Positions 18,420 to 28,232 of a stretch of DNA of 64,000 nucleotides are shown piece by piece. The notes beneath the pieces are model-generated. The model was not told where the DNA came from, did not search any database, and worked only from the letters and a program-made list of their open reading frames with translations. Both the position numbers and the translations under genes were made by a program. Origin of the DNA: an uncultured Methanosarcinales archaeon (GTDB lineage: Archaea > Nanobdellota > Nanobdellia > Woesearchaeales > GW2011-AR4); NCBI GenBank assembly GCA_964454865.1, contig CAYVTQ010000001.1, positions 3,554-67,553 on the forward strand, in the 5' to 3' direction. The stretch's first letter is position 1, and each line of letters begins with the position of its first letter.

Positions 18420-19560
18420 AAAACTCCCTTATTTTTTTAACCGCATATTCCTGCTGTTCTTTTGTAATAAACTCATGAACCGGCAATGAGATCACTGATT
18501 TGCACACTTCTTCACAAAACGGAAAATCTCCTTCCTTGTACCTCCAACCTTTTGCTGCTGGCTGCAGATGCATTGGAATGGGATAGTGAATTTTGGCGTC
18601 TATCCCATTTTCTATAAGGTATTTTTGCAATTCGTCCCTCCTTTTAGCCATTATTACATAGATATGGAATACATGCTTCGCATTCTGGCTTCTTTTCGGG
18701 ATTCTTATCTGGGGAACCTTTGAAAGCTCTTCATCAAAAAATTTTGCATTCCTGATTCTTGACTCAGTTATGTGTTCAATCTTTTTCAGAAGATGGCTGG
18801 CTACAACTGCCTGTATTGAATCCAGTCTTGAATTATAAGCCCATACAAAGCACTCATTTCTGTTTACAAGCCCGTGATTTCTAAGCAAAACCAGCCTGTC
18901 GTGCAAATCTTTCGAATTGGTTGTTATCACTCCCCCGTCTCCCCATACATTTAAGTTCTTAAGGGGATGGAGGCTGAAGCATCCCATGTTTCCAAAACTG
19001 CCGGGCGATTTTTCCCCGATTTTGGAATTTATTGCGTGGCATGCATCTTCAACTACATATAAATTATGCTTACTTGCGATTGACATAATCTTTTCCATAC
19101 TGCACGGCATGCCGGACCAGTGAACTGGAAGTATTGCCTTGGTTCTTTTTGTGAGCACTCCTTCTATAAGATCAGGATCAATATTCAGATCCTCCCCAAT
19201 ATCAGCAAATACCGGAGTTGCCCCGGCAGTGACAATAGCGCCCACTGTCGCAAAAAAAGTATAAGGGGTTGTAACAACCTCATCTCCCTGCCCTACTCCC
19301 AGCGCCTTCAAGCTAAGGAATAATGCGCCTGTCCCGCTGCCAACCCCTATCGCATACTTAGTGCCAACAATTTCTGCAAACTCTTTTTCAAATAAATCCA
19401 CGCTCTTGCCAAGCGTGAAATCGCCATCAATAACGACCTTTTCCATCTCTTTAAAAATCTCCTTATAGTCTAAAAACTGCTGCTGCAGATAATTGTGGTT
19501 GATGCCTCTCTTTGCAGTTTCCTCATACTGTTGCGGAAGATAATTATGATCTATTGCCAT
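18412..19560 (-). CDS. DegT/DnrJ/EryC1/StrS family sugar aminotransferase, tandem paralogue
   Basis: About 60% identical over core to 17292..18419; 8-bp overlap with it. Confidence 0.85.
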   Translation of the reverse strand: MAIDHNYLPQQYEETAKRGINHNYLQQQFLDYKEIFKEMEKVVIDGDFTLGKSVDLFEKEFAEIVGTKYAIGVGSGTGALFLSLKALGVGQGDEVVTTPYTFFATVGAIVTAGATPVFADIGEDLNIDPDLIEGVLTKRTKAILPVHWSGMPCSMEKIMSIASKHNLYVVEDACHAINSKIGEKSPGSFGNMGCFSLHPLKNLNVWGDGGVITTNSKDLHDRLVLLRNHGLVNRNECFVWAYNSRLDSIQAVVASHLLKKIEHITESRIRNAKFFDEELSKVPQIRIPKRSQNAKHVFHIYVIMAKRRDELQKYLIENGIDAKIHYPIPMHLQPAAKGWRYKEGDFPFCEEVCKSVISLPVHEFITKEQQEYAVKKIREFYE

Positions 19561-19659
19561 CTTCTAAGCGGTACCTCCTTCATTTTTTAAACTTTGTTCC
19601 TCTTGGAAATCCTGTGTTATATGGAGTTTGTTAAACTGGGATTTAATGTTTCCAATGTG

Positions 19660-20661
19660 TTATTTTTTATGAATATATTCAAGGGGCATACTCTGAATTT
19701 CGCTCCAGTTCCCTTCAATCCAGCTTATAGTTTCTTTGATGCCTTCTTTAATGGATATTTTGGCGTCCCATCCAAGCTCCCCCCTTATTTTTGAGCTATT
19801 CAGGCTGTACGCATAATCCTGGCCGAAGTTTTCTTTTACCAGATTTACAGAGCTCTTAAAATCGCAGTTCATAATATCACAAATCATCTTGACAATGCTT
19901 CTTATTTTGAACTCCTGGTCCTGCGGGGCAATATGATACACCTCGCCCTTCTCCCCATTTTCTATTGCTTTAAGCATCGCGTCAGCAACATCCCTAACAT
20001 GGACAAACGACCTTATGGATTTTCCTTCCCCATGCAATTCAACTTTTTTGTTTAATTTCAGGTAAATTATTGTTCTTGGAATAATGCGATAGAGCTGCTG
20101 ATGCATCCCATAGACATTTGACGAGCGGGTAAAAACAACAGGAAAATCATATTTTTTAAAAAGAGCCGACAAAAAAAGATCGCCAGCTAATTTTGAGGCG
20201 GCATATGGCGTGCTCGGCTTAAAGTTAGAATTTTCAGGCACATTTTTTCCGGCACTTTCTCCGTATACTTCCGGAGTCGATACGCTCACATACCTCTTCA
20301 AATACTCCCTGTCTTTTAATAAATTAGAAAACTTCACCGTGGACACGCAATTTGTCATGAACCACTGCTCGGGCCATTCCCAGCTGCGCCTCACTTCGCC
20401 CTGAGCAGCATAATTAACAATAACCTCCGGCCCGAATTCATCAAGCAATTCCATTATCCTGCCAAGATCATTGTTTAAATCGAGCTGAAAGAATCTGAAT
20501 TTTTTAGGCCTTTCTTTTCTGTATAAATACGGCAGGAATATTGGCGGATATTCAGCAGACCTGCTTATGCCAATAACTTCAGCAGCGGTGTTTTCAAGTA
20601 TGTAATCTATAAAACTGCTTCCGGAAAATGAATTGCTTCCTATGACCGCTACTTTTTTCAT
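19660..20661 (-). CDS. NDP-sugar 4,6-dehydratase/epimerase (extended SDR)
   Basis: N-terminal Rossmann VAVIGSNSFSGSS, YxxxK (YAASK) catalytic pair. Confidence 0.75.
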   Translation of the reverse strand: MKKVAVIGSNSFSGSSFIDYILENTAAEVIGISRSAEYPPIFLPYLYRKERPKKFRFFQLDLNNDLGRIMELLDEFGPEVIVNYAAQGEVRRSWEWPEQWFMTNCVSTVKFSNLLKDREYLKRYVSVSTPEVYGESAGKNVPENSNFKPSTPYAASKLAGDLFLSALFKKYDFPVVFTRSSNVYGMHQQLYRIIPRTIIYLKLNKKVELHGEGKSIRSFVHVRDVADAMLKAIENGEKGEVYHIAPQDQEFKIRSIVKMICDIMNCDFKSSVNLVKENFGQDYAYSLNSSKIRGELGWDAKISIKEGIKETISWIEGNWSEIQSMPLEYIHKK

Positions 20662-21656
20662 TTCAGCTTCAAGTCCTTCATTCTTTTTATATTATGGTAT
20701 AACGGATTGTTTAGCCCGTCATCAATCAATCCTTCTTTAAAGGCAAAGATTATTGACTCAATTGCTTCCTTTAAATCGTATTTGCATTGAAATCCCAGAA
20801 CCTTCCCCATCTTATCAGTATTGACATGGTAAGATCTTGGATCATTTGTCGGCACCGTTTCAAAATCTACTGAATCTTCTCCCACAACCTCTTTAACCAG
20901 CTCTGCTAATCTTTTTATTGTAATATTCTCATAAGCCACGTTAAAAGCCTGCCTGCCAATCTTTCTCCCATCAACTTCCAGCAATAGCTCATAAAACCTC
21001 ACGATGTCCCTGATATTGACTGCGGGCCTCATCTGGCTGCCGCCAAAAATTTTTATTTTTTTGTTTATCAATGCCTGGATTGTCAGCAAATTAACGCTCA
21101 AGTCAAACCTCATTCTTGGAGAGTACCCGCATATTGTAGCAGGCCTTACAAAAACAAATTCCGCCCCTCCTATTTCAGCATTGAGCAGCAGCTTTTCACA
21201 TTCAATCTTGTATTTTGAATAGTCTGTAATTGGCTCGGCTTCCACCTCTTCAGTAACATCAATATCTATAGGCTTCACGCCATACTGGCTTGTTGAGCTT
21301 GCTACAATCAGCCTTTTTACACTATTTTTCTTCACAGAGGATATAACATTGCTAAATGCATCATAATTGATGGACTTGCCGAGATGGGGATTTAAGTCAA
21401 AACTCGGGTCATTAGAAATGCACGCCAAATGAATAAAAGCGTCACTGCCTTTAGAGGCCTCTGCCAATCTCTCTTTATCCCTTATGTCACCTTCTACTTC
21501 TGTAAGGTTCGGATGTGGCTTGAAGACCTTTCCGTAGATATAGAGGTCATAGACCGTCACATTGTGCCCTTTTTCCAATAGTTTCGGCACTAGCGAACTG
21601 CCTACATAACCTGCCCCACCCGTTATAAAAACATTTTTGAGATTTATTTTAATCAC
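20658..21656 (-). CDS. NAD-dependent epimerase/dehydratase (UDP-sugar 4-epimerase-like)
   Basis: TGGAGYVGS Rossmann, YSKYK catalytic motif. Confidence 0.75.
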   Translation of the reverse strand: MIKINLKNVFITGGAGYVGSSLVPKLLEKGHNVTVYDLYIYGKVFKPHPNLTEVEGDIRDKERLAEASKGSDAFIHLACISNDPSFDLNPHLGKSINYDAFSNVISSVKKNSVKRLIVASSTSQYGVKPIDIDVTEEVEAEPITDYSKYKIECEKLLLNAEIGGAEFVFVRPATICGYSPRMRFDLSVNLLTIQALINKKIKIFGGSQMRPAVNIRDIVRFYELLLEVDGRKIGRQAFNVAYENITIKRLAELVKEVVGEDSVDFETVPTNDPRSYHVNTDKMGKVLGFQCKYDLKEAIESIIFAFKEGLIDDGLNNPLYHNIKRMKDLKLK

Positions 21657-21809
21657 CTGCAGCTAATGAACAGGGTTTTATATATCTTACCTGTAATGAT
21701 TTACCTCGGCTATTTCTTGAATCATCTCAATTTTTTTAAAATATGCTCTTCACTTAAAGAATTTAACCCTATCCAAGATTTAGATGATTTATTCAACGTT
21801 CTGCTATGC

Positions 21810-22013
21810 TTAAAACAGCGCATACACGAAAGGAGATAATGAAGAGCTTTGGCCCACTATTATCAGAATTCCCACAAGGAACAGCATTATAAAGATAGGC
21901 AGAAGCCACCATTTTTTCCTTACCTTCATAAAGCTCCACAAATCATACAATAAATAAAATCTTCTGGAAGGCTTCCTTTCTTCCGCATTGAAATTATTTT
22001 GCCCGTCATCCAT
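21810..22013 (-). CDS. Small membrane protein downstream of carbamoyltransferase
   Basis: 67 aa, one TM helix (WWLLPIFIMLFLVGILIIV); co-oriented, 28 bp after carbamoyltransferase stop. Confidence 0.35.
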   Translation of the reverse strand: MDDGQNNFNAEERKPSRRFYLLYDLWSFMKVRKKWWLLPIFIMLFLVGILIIVGQSSSLSPFVYALF

Positions 22014-22040
22014 GATTACTATATAACCTCAATCTTTTTA

Positions 22041-23801
22041 TTAATCTTTCGCAACTTTTTCAGAATCCCACATGTCCTTGGGATTATCCTTTCTTGCTAT
22101 GATAAAATCTTCCAAAACCAGATAGTCAACTCCGGTGCCCATCATGCACCTATAGGCATCTTCAGGAGTGCAGACAATAGGCTCGCCCCTTATGTTGAAC
22201 GAGGTATTGACAAGAATCGGAACTTTGCTCAGCTTTTCAAATTCCTTGATTAGGCTATAATATCTCCTGTTCTGCTCTTTCCTTATTGTCTGCAGCCTGC
22301 CGGAGCCGTCCACATGGGTTACGGATGGGATAAGCTTTCTTTTGCTTTCCCTGATTGGATAGACCATCAGCATAAAATCTGCCGGAGCCGGCATTGGCTT
22401 GTCAGCCTCAAAATAGTCATAAGCGTCCTCAAGAGGCACTACCGGCGCAAAAGGCCTGAAGTGCTCCCTGTGCTTGACCTTGAGATTCAGGATATCCTTC
22501 ATCTCCGGATTAGACGCGTTTGAAAGTATGCTTCGCGCTCCCAATGCCCTTGGACCCCATTCCATCCTGCCTTGAAACCAGCCGATGACATTATTCTCGT
22601 GAATCAGGCGCGCTGTTTCCTTCAGCAGATCATTTTCGCTGCCAAATCTCCTGTATCTTATGCCGTTTTTGTCCAGAAAATTCTTTATGTAATCTACTGA
22701 AAATGAAGGCCCGTGATAAGCATTATCCATAACATACACTCTTTCCCTGCCCAATATAGTGTTATAAACATAAAATGCAGCCCCAAGGCTCGTTCCTGCA
22801 TCGCTGGCTGCAGCCTGGATGTACACATTCCTAAAAGGTGTGTTCTTCAGGATTTTCCCGTTTGCGACGCTGTTCAACGCAACACCGCCTGCCATGCATA
22901 AGTTATCAATCTTGGTTTCCCTGTGCAGATGATTCAGCATATTTATCAGAATCTCCTCTGTCAATTTCTGGACGGAAGCGGCAAAATCCATATGCCTTTG
23001 CTCAACTTTGGATTCTCTTTTTCTGGAAGGGCCGAATTCCTCGATGAATTTCCTGCTTGGCATCCTTTGCTTGTAGTGGTAGACAAAGTAATCCATGTCA
23101 AGCTCGTAGCTGCCGTCGGCATAAACCTTTACGACTTTCTTTAGCTGGTCATAATAAACAGGCTTCCCATAAGGGGCGAGCCCCATCACCTTGTATTCAT
23201 CATTATTCACCTTAAAGCCGAGATAGGCCGTGACAGCGCTGTACAATAATCCTATGGAATGCGGAAAATGGATTTCCTTGGTTATAGTTATGTCATTTCC
23301 TTTTGCATACCCGAAAGTTGTTGTCGCCCATTCCCCTACCCCGTCTACAGTCAATATTGCCGACTCATTGAAATGGCTTACGAGATAGGAGCTTGCCGCA
23401 TGGGCCATATGATGCTCAATGAAAAGGATTTCTCCCTTGTACTTCAGCTTTTTCCTGATAATTGACGGGACCCTGAGCTTCTCATTCAGCCATGAAGGCA
23501 AGGATTTATAGAATGCCCAGAATGACTTCGGAAATGTGCCGATGTACTGGCTGAGCAGCCTTTCAAATTTCAGCAGCGGCTTTTCATAAAATCCGATATA
23601 ATCAATCTCCTTTGAGGTTATGCCCGCTTCCTTCAGGCAGTAGTTTATGGCATTTATAGGAAAATTTATGTCGTGCTTTTTCCTTGTGAACCTTTCCTCC
23701 TCCGCAGCCGCGACCAGCCTGCCGTCTTTTACAAGGCATGCCGCCGCGTCATGATAAAAACACGAGATTCCCAAAATGAATTGACTTTTTCTAGACTCCA
23801 T
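22041..23801 (-). CDS. NodU/CmcH-family O-carbamoyltransferase
   Basis: ILGISCFYHDAAACL N-terminus (ASKHA-like), 586 aa, YrdC-like C-terminal domain pattern of NodU/TobZ. Confidence 0.85.
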   Translation of the reverse strand: MESRKSQFILGISCFYHDAAACLVKDGRLVAAAEEERFTRKKHDINFPINAINYCLKEAGITSKEIDYIGFYEKPLLKFERLLSQYIGTFPKSFWAFYKSLPSWLNEKLRVPSIIRKKLKYKGEILFIEHHMAHAASSYLVSHFNESAILTVDGVGEWATTTFGYAKGNDITITKEIHFPHSIGLLYSAVTAYLGFKVNNDEYKVMGLAPYGKPVYYDQLKKVVKVYADGSYELDMDYFVYHYKQRMPSRKFIEEFGPSRKRESKVEQRHMDFAASVQKLTEEILINMLNHLHRETKIDNLCMAGGVALNSVANGKILKNTPFRNVYIQAAASDAGTSLGAAFYVYNTILGRERVYVMDNAYHGPSFSVDYIKNFLDKNGIRYRRFGSENDLLKETARLIHENNVIGWFQGRMEWGPRALGARSILSNASNPEMKDILNLKVKHREHFRPFAPVVPLEDAYDYFEADKPMPAPADFMLMVYPIRESKRKLIPSVTHVDGSGRLQTIRKEQNRRYYSLIKEFEKLSKVPILVNTSFNIRGEPIVCTPEDAYRCMMGTGVDYLVLEDFIIARKDNPKDMWDSEKVAKD

Positions 23802-23900
23802 TTTCCATTACCCATCCATTTATCATAAAATTAACAAGATCTTCACGGCTCATACTTTCAATTTTTTCCGCCTCATTTATACTATCTTCAGGTTCAACTT

Positions 23901-24143
23901 TTAAAACATTCTTCGATACTCTTCCATGGGCATTTTTGACAGGCTTCTTTTGACCCATGTCGATTTTCCGGGCTTTAAATTCATAAATTTCTTGCCGGCT
24001 ATTCTGCTTAAAATGGCTACAATCCCCACCCCTATAAAATAAACAAAAAAAAGCAGCGCAAAATTAACTATGTCGGTTATTAAAGCCGAAAAATCCCTGA
24101 ATCCTTCCCCAAGCCCGGCAAAAAAAATCTTTAGGCTACCCAT
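23901..24143 (-). CDS. Small membrane protein
   Basis: 80 aa, one TM helix; co-oriented upstream of carbamoyltransferase. Confidence 0.3.
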   Translation of the reverse strand: MGSLKIFFAGLGEGFRDFSALITDIVNFALLFFVYFIGVGIVAILSRIAGKKFMNLKPGKSTWVKRSLSKMPMEEYRRMF

Positions 24144-24354
24144 TCCTCAATCCACTCACGCCCAAAATCAGTATGCTCAGCAAGACTGCAGCCCCGGCAA
24201 AATGCCAATATTCAATGTAATCCGGCAGCCTGCCAAGCCTGCCCAATATCAAAAAAAGGATCGAGCTGAATATCACGGCCCCAATAACAAACCCTGCCTT
24301 CCTGCCAGATGCATGCACTTTTCCCTCCTTTTCAGCAAGATACATGGTTTCCAT
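24136..24354 (-). CDS. Small membrane protein
   Basis: 72 aa, two TM helices; overlaps next ORF by 8 bp. Confidence 0.3.
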   Translation of the reverse strand: METMYLAEKEGKVHASGRKAGFVIGAVIFSSILFLILGRLGRLPDYIEYWHFAGAAVLLSILILGVSGLRNG

Positions 24355-24429
24355 TAGGCAAGGAGATAATGCCGGTTTTTAAACATTATTGTAAGGGTGT
24401 GCATAAAGGTTGATTTAGGCAAAAAATCA

Positions 24430-24683
24430 TTTTGGAATAAAATTAATTTGGTCAGTTATCTTCAATCCGCCTTCGGCATATTTAGTGCGAGGCGTTGCTT
24501 TCCTGCCATGCTCGAAAAGCGACAGACTACCTTGATTGGCTTTTCGGCATCCTGTACAGGATAACGCTCCGCCTCGCCAATTTATTGTAATGAATTCGAG
24601 GCGAAATTTTAATGGCAGTAAAAATTCCGCCGAGTGTAGATTATGTCGCAAAGCGACGGACTAAATCAGATTAATTCCAGAAA
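24430..24683. repeat. MITE-like repeat, family 2 copy a (core GCTCGAAAAGCGACAGACTACCTTGATTGGCTTTTCGGC)
   Basis: Imperfect TIRs TTTGGAATAAAATTAATTTGGTC / GACTAAATCAGATTAATTCCAGAAA; core shared with 52.4 kb and 34.5 kb copies. Confidence 0.6.
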
Positions 24684-24741
24684 GCTAAATAATTATTTTA
24701 AAAGGCAATATTTAAAAATAACAAAAGAATAGCATGCAATC

Positions 24742-25803
24742 ATGGCAAAAATCAAGTTGGTCGTGTGGGATGCTGACAATACCTTATGGGACGGCACTGT
24801 TTTCTACAAGGACAAGGAAAATGTCAGGCTCAAGCCCGGCACAAAGGAAGCCCTGAAGGAGCTTGAAAAAAGAAACGTGAAAAATACAATCTGCAGCAAG
24901 AATTACTATGAGGATGTTGATTCTGTATTGAAAAAATTTGAAATCAGCAAATATTTTGATCACCCCCAGATTGGATGGGGGCTTAAGTCAGAAGCAATTA
25001 AAAAATTGGCGGGGCTGTTCAATGCAGGCTTCAATGAGATGGTTTTCGTGGATGACGATGCATTCCAGCGTGCAGAGGTGCTTTCGCGGATAAATGGAAT
25101 CAATGCAGTCGGCTTGGATGATCCCATAGACATACTGAACTTTGAAGGCATCAGGCCCGACAAGCCCACTGCAGAGGATATAAGGAGGGTCCAGCTTCTT
25201 AAAGAAGACAGGAACAGGAAGCAGGCAGAAAGCGAATTTAAAGGGGACTACAAGGATTTTTTGAGGCAGTGCAGCATGGTGATGAGCATCAGAGGCGTGG
25301 AGGAGGCAGACTGGGAGAGGGTATGCCAGCTGCTCAACAGGACTAATGAGCTGAATATGACCAATAACAGGTACACCATCAGCCAGCTTAGGGAATCATA
25401 CGAAAAAAACAAGGACATAATACTTGTCGTCGAGCTTACCGACAAATTCGGCGATTATGGGCTGATAGCGGAAAGCATCATTGTAAGGAAGGAGGATGGG
25501 TGGTTTATCAGGGACTTAACGGTTTCATGCAGGACAATGGGAAGGGGGATAGGAAGTGCCCTGCTTATTGCGATACTGGGCTATGCCCGGCAGAACAACA
25601 TCAAAAAAGTAGTGGGCATGCTTACAGAAACAGAATCAAACTGGAGAATAAGGCCATTGTATGAGAGGAGGGGATTCAAGAAAGTTTCTGCGGACGGCAA
25701 CAAGACTTTCTATGAGTTTGACCTCAATTCTGAGGAAATGCCGACCTATCCTGATTGGATAAAAGTCAATTTTTTGCTGAAGAAGGAAATTGAAAGTGGC
25801 TAA
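24742..25803 (+). CDS. FkbH-like HAD-IIIC domain fused to GNAT N-acetyltransferase
   Basis: KLVVWDADNTLWDG (FkbH/HAD-IIIC signature) N-terminus; C-terminal GRGIGSALL...RRGF GNAT motifs. Confidence 0.65.
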   Translation: MAKIKLVVWDADNTLWDGTVFYKDKENVRLKPGTKEALKELEKRNVKNTICSKNYYEDVDSVLKKFEISKYFDHPQIGWGLKSEAIKKLAGLFNAGFNEMVFVDDDAFQRAEVLSRINGINAVGLDDPIDILNFEGIRPDKPTAEDIRRVQLLKEDRNRKQAESEFKGDYKDFLRQCSMVMSIRGVEEADWERVCQLLNRTNELNMTNNRYTISQLRESYEKNKDIILVVELTDKFGDYGLIAESIIVRKEDGWFIRDLTVSCRTMGRGIGSALLIAILGYARQNNIKKVVGMLTETESNWRIRPLYERRGFKKVSADGNKTFYEFDLNSEEMPTYPDWIKVNFLLKKEIESG

Positions 25804-26968
25804 TCTCAGGAAAATTTTTTTAAATGCCTTGCTGATGGCTGCAAGCATACTTGCTTTTTTATTAGTTCTTGAGCTGTTCCTAAGGCTTTTTTACCCCCAG
25901 AATCTGAACCCCCTGCTGCTGCCTACTAAAGACAGGGATACGTTTGCCCAATATGATGCGGAACTGGGGTGGTCTTTAAAGCCTGATGCAGAAGCGCCCC
26001 TGTTTTCACATGAATATAATGTATTGGTGAAGCAAAACAGCCAGGGAATGAGGGATAAAGAATACTCCAAGAAAAGGCTGCCCGGAAAAGTTCGAATAGC
26101 TATCACAGGCGACTCATTTGTATGGGGATTCGGTGTTGAAAATAAGGATATATTCACAGAAATAATTGAAAATAAGCTGGGAGAAAAATTTGAAGTGCTT
26201 AATTTTGGAGTCAGCGGCTATGGCACGGACCAGGAATTGCTGCAGTTCAAGTCAAAAATCCTGGATTTCAAGCCGGACGCTCTTATAGTAGCATTTTACC
26301 ATAATGACATAGAAAATATAGCAAACAGCGTGGAATATGGCTATGAAAAGCCCAAGTTCGTGCTTGAAAATGGCAGATTAAAGCTTACAAACATACCTGT
26401 GCCCCAAGTAAGAAGGCAAGAAACAAAATACTTGATAAGGGATTATATCAACTTCTTCCTTTCCCATTACTCCCATTCCTATTCCTTCCTTAAATCAGGC
26501 ATAGCAGTTTTATACGACCGCGCCACGGCGGTTTTTCAGAAGCCCAATGAATATTTTGATACAGAGATATTAAAAAAAGATTATGGAGAAAAATATTCAA
26601 ATGGGTGGGTTTTGTTTGATAATCTCCTCAGGGAATTTAAAGAGACCGGAAAAAACAATAATGTCTCAATAATCCTTGTCAATATGCCTGCAAAGGCGCA
26701 GATAGACAAGAGATTATTCGAGAAAAAATTAGGCATTTACGGCAAATCCGGGGATGATTATGACTTATTCAAGCCTTCCAGGCTGCTGAAGCAATATGCT
26801 GATAAGAACGGGATAATGTTTATTGACCTTCTCCCCACTTTCCTCTCGGAAGATGAGCCTGAGAAGTATTATTTTAAATTTAATGATCATCTAAATGCGC
26901 AGGGAAACGCGTTTGTTGCTGAAGGTATTTACAGGGAGATGAACCCTGTGCTCCAGGAAATTAATTGA
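25790..26968 (+). CDS. Membrane-anchored SGNH/GDSL-family hydrolase
   Basis: N-terminal TM helix; ITGDSFVWG (GDS motif) block I; 14-bp overlap with upstream gene. Confidence 0.55.
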   Translation: MKVANLRKIFLNALLMAASILAFLLVLELFLRLFYPQNLNPLLLPTKDRDTFAQYDAELGWSLKPDAEAPLFSHEYNVLVKQNSQGMRDKEYSKKRLPGKVRIAITGDSFVWGFGVENKDIFTEIIENKLGEKFEVLNFGVSGYGTDQELLQFKSKILDFKPDALIVAFYHNDIENIANSVEYGYEKPKFVLENGRLKLTNIPVPQVRRQETKYLIRDYINFFLSHYSHSYSFLKSGIAVLYDRATAVFQKPNEYFDTEILKKDYGEKYSNGWVLFDNLLREFKETGKNNNVSIILVNMPAKAQIDKRLFEKKLGIYGKSGDDYDLFKPSRLLKQYADKNGIMFIDLLPTFLSEDEPEKYYFKFNDHLNAQGNAFVAEGIYREMNPVLQEIN

Positions 26969-28232
26969 CAATGCGGGCAGTGGGCAGCGGCACAATAAAT
27001 CCTCCCTTATACCCTTTCTGCCTGAGCTTAGGGATCAATTCATCCGCTATATGCCATGACAGCAGCAGGGCGTATTCCGGCTGGTCCTCAAAAAGCCTTG
27101 ACTCTTCAACAACAGGAATCAAAGTGCCGGGCATGCATTTCCCTATTTTGTGCGAGCCGCTTATTTCCACAACGCAGTCAACAACAGCATCGTCTATTCC
27201 AGTATAATTTATCAGCGTGCTTGCCCGCGACGGGGCTCCAACGCCATAAATGCGCCCGCCCTGTCTTTTGATGTTAAAAAGCAGAGAGCTGAGCTCAAGT
27301 TTTGAAAGGGCAGCCCTGTTCCTGAACTCCAGCAGGCTTTTCTTGCCCAATACAATTTCTTTTTCCCTGGCAAGCTGGCTATTTACTGTTTCTTTAACCT
27401 TATACTCCCCTTTTCTGGCGGCATACACCCTTATAGAGCCTCCGTGCGTGGGTATTTGCCTGGCATGGATTATCTCGAGGCCGTGCCTTTCCAGCAGGTA
27501 TTTTAAGCTGTGCAGAGAATAGTACCTTATGTGCTCATGGTAAATAGTGTCGTATTGCAGCGACTCGATAAACGGAAGCAGGTAATGCGATTCCGAGATG
27601 AACACTCCTCCTTTCGCAAGCAAGTCTGATATCAAATCGACAATCTCATTGACATTTCTGATGTGCGCAAAAACATTTGTCGCTGTTATTATTTTTGCCT
27701 TGCCATGCTCTTTTTTTATTTTGCCGGCGGCCTTGCCGCCAAAGAAATCTATGATGGTGGGTATGCCTCTGGCTATTGCAATATTTCCTATTTTTTCAGG
27801 AGTGATGCCCAAAACCCTGCTGGAGCCTTTGAAATTGCTCAGCAGATTGCCGTCGTTGGAGCCTATATCAATGACCAAATCGTCATGGCTTAGGCTGGCA
27901 ATTGACCTGCATTCCCGATAGAGCTCGGCAAAATTATCCCTCAGTATCTTTGTAGTGCTGCTGGTGTATGGATACTCCGGGGGGAAAAGTATTTTCGGGC
28001 TGACTATCAATCCGAGCTGCACAAGGTGGCAGTTCCCGCAGTACAGCAGCTGCGCAGGATAACTCGGCTGCTCATGCGGCCTTTCGCCGACATTGTGCAT
28101 TGCATTTACAGGCGGAAGATACCCAAGAAAGAGTATGCTGTCTAGCTTTGAATAGCCGCATGACTGGCACTTGTCAACGACCGTGCTGGTAAAATCCTCA
28201 TCCTGTTGGTTTTTTTGAGGCATTTTCATCAT
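26961..28232 (-). CDS. NDP-hexose C-methyltransferase, second paralogue
   Basis: CQSCG...CGNCH zinc ribbon, DIGSNDG SAM motif; start moved to MMKM to limit overlap with upstream epimerase (ORF as given runs to 28307). Confidence 0.7.
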   Translation of the reverse strand: MMKMPQKNQQDEDFTSTVVDKCQSCGYSKLDSILFLGYLPPVNAMHNVGERPHEQPSYPAQLLYCGNCHLVQLGLIVSPKILFPPEYPYTSSTTKILRDNFAELYRECRSIASLSHDDLVIDIGSNDGNLLSNFKGSSRVLGITPEKIGNIAIARGIPTIIDFFGGKAAGKIKKEHGKAKIITATNVFAHIRNVNEIVDLISDLLAKGGVFISESHYLLPFIESLQYDTIYHEHIRYYSLHSLKYLLERHGLEIIHARQIPTHGGSIRVYAARKGEYKVKETVNSQLAREKEIVLGKKSLLEFRNRAALSKLELSSLLFNIKRQGGRIYGVGAPSRASTLINYTGIDDAVVDCVVEISGSHKIGKCMPGTLIPVVEESRLFEDQPEYALLLSWHIADELIPKLRQKGYKGGFIVPLPTARIVN

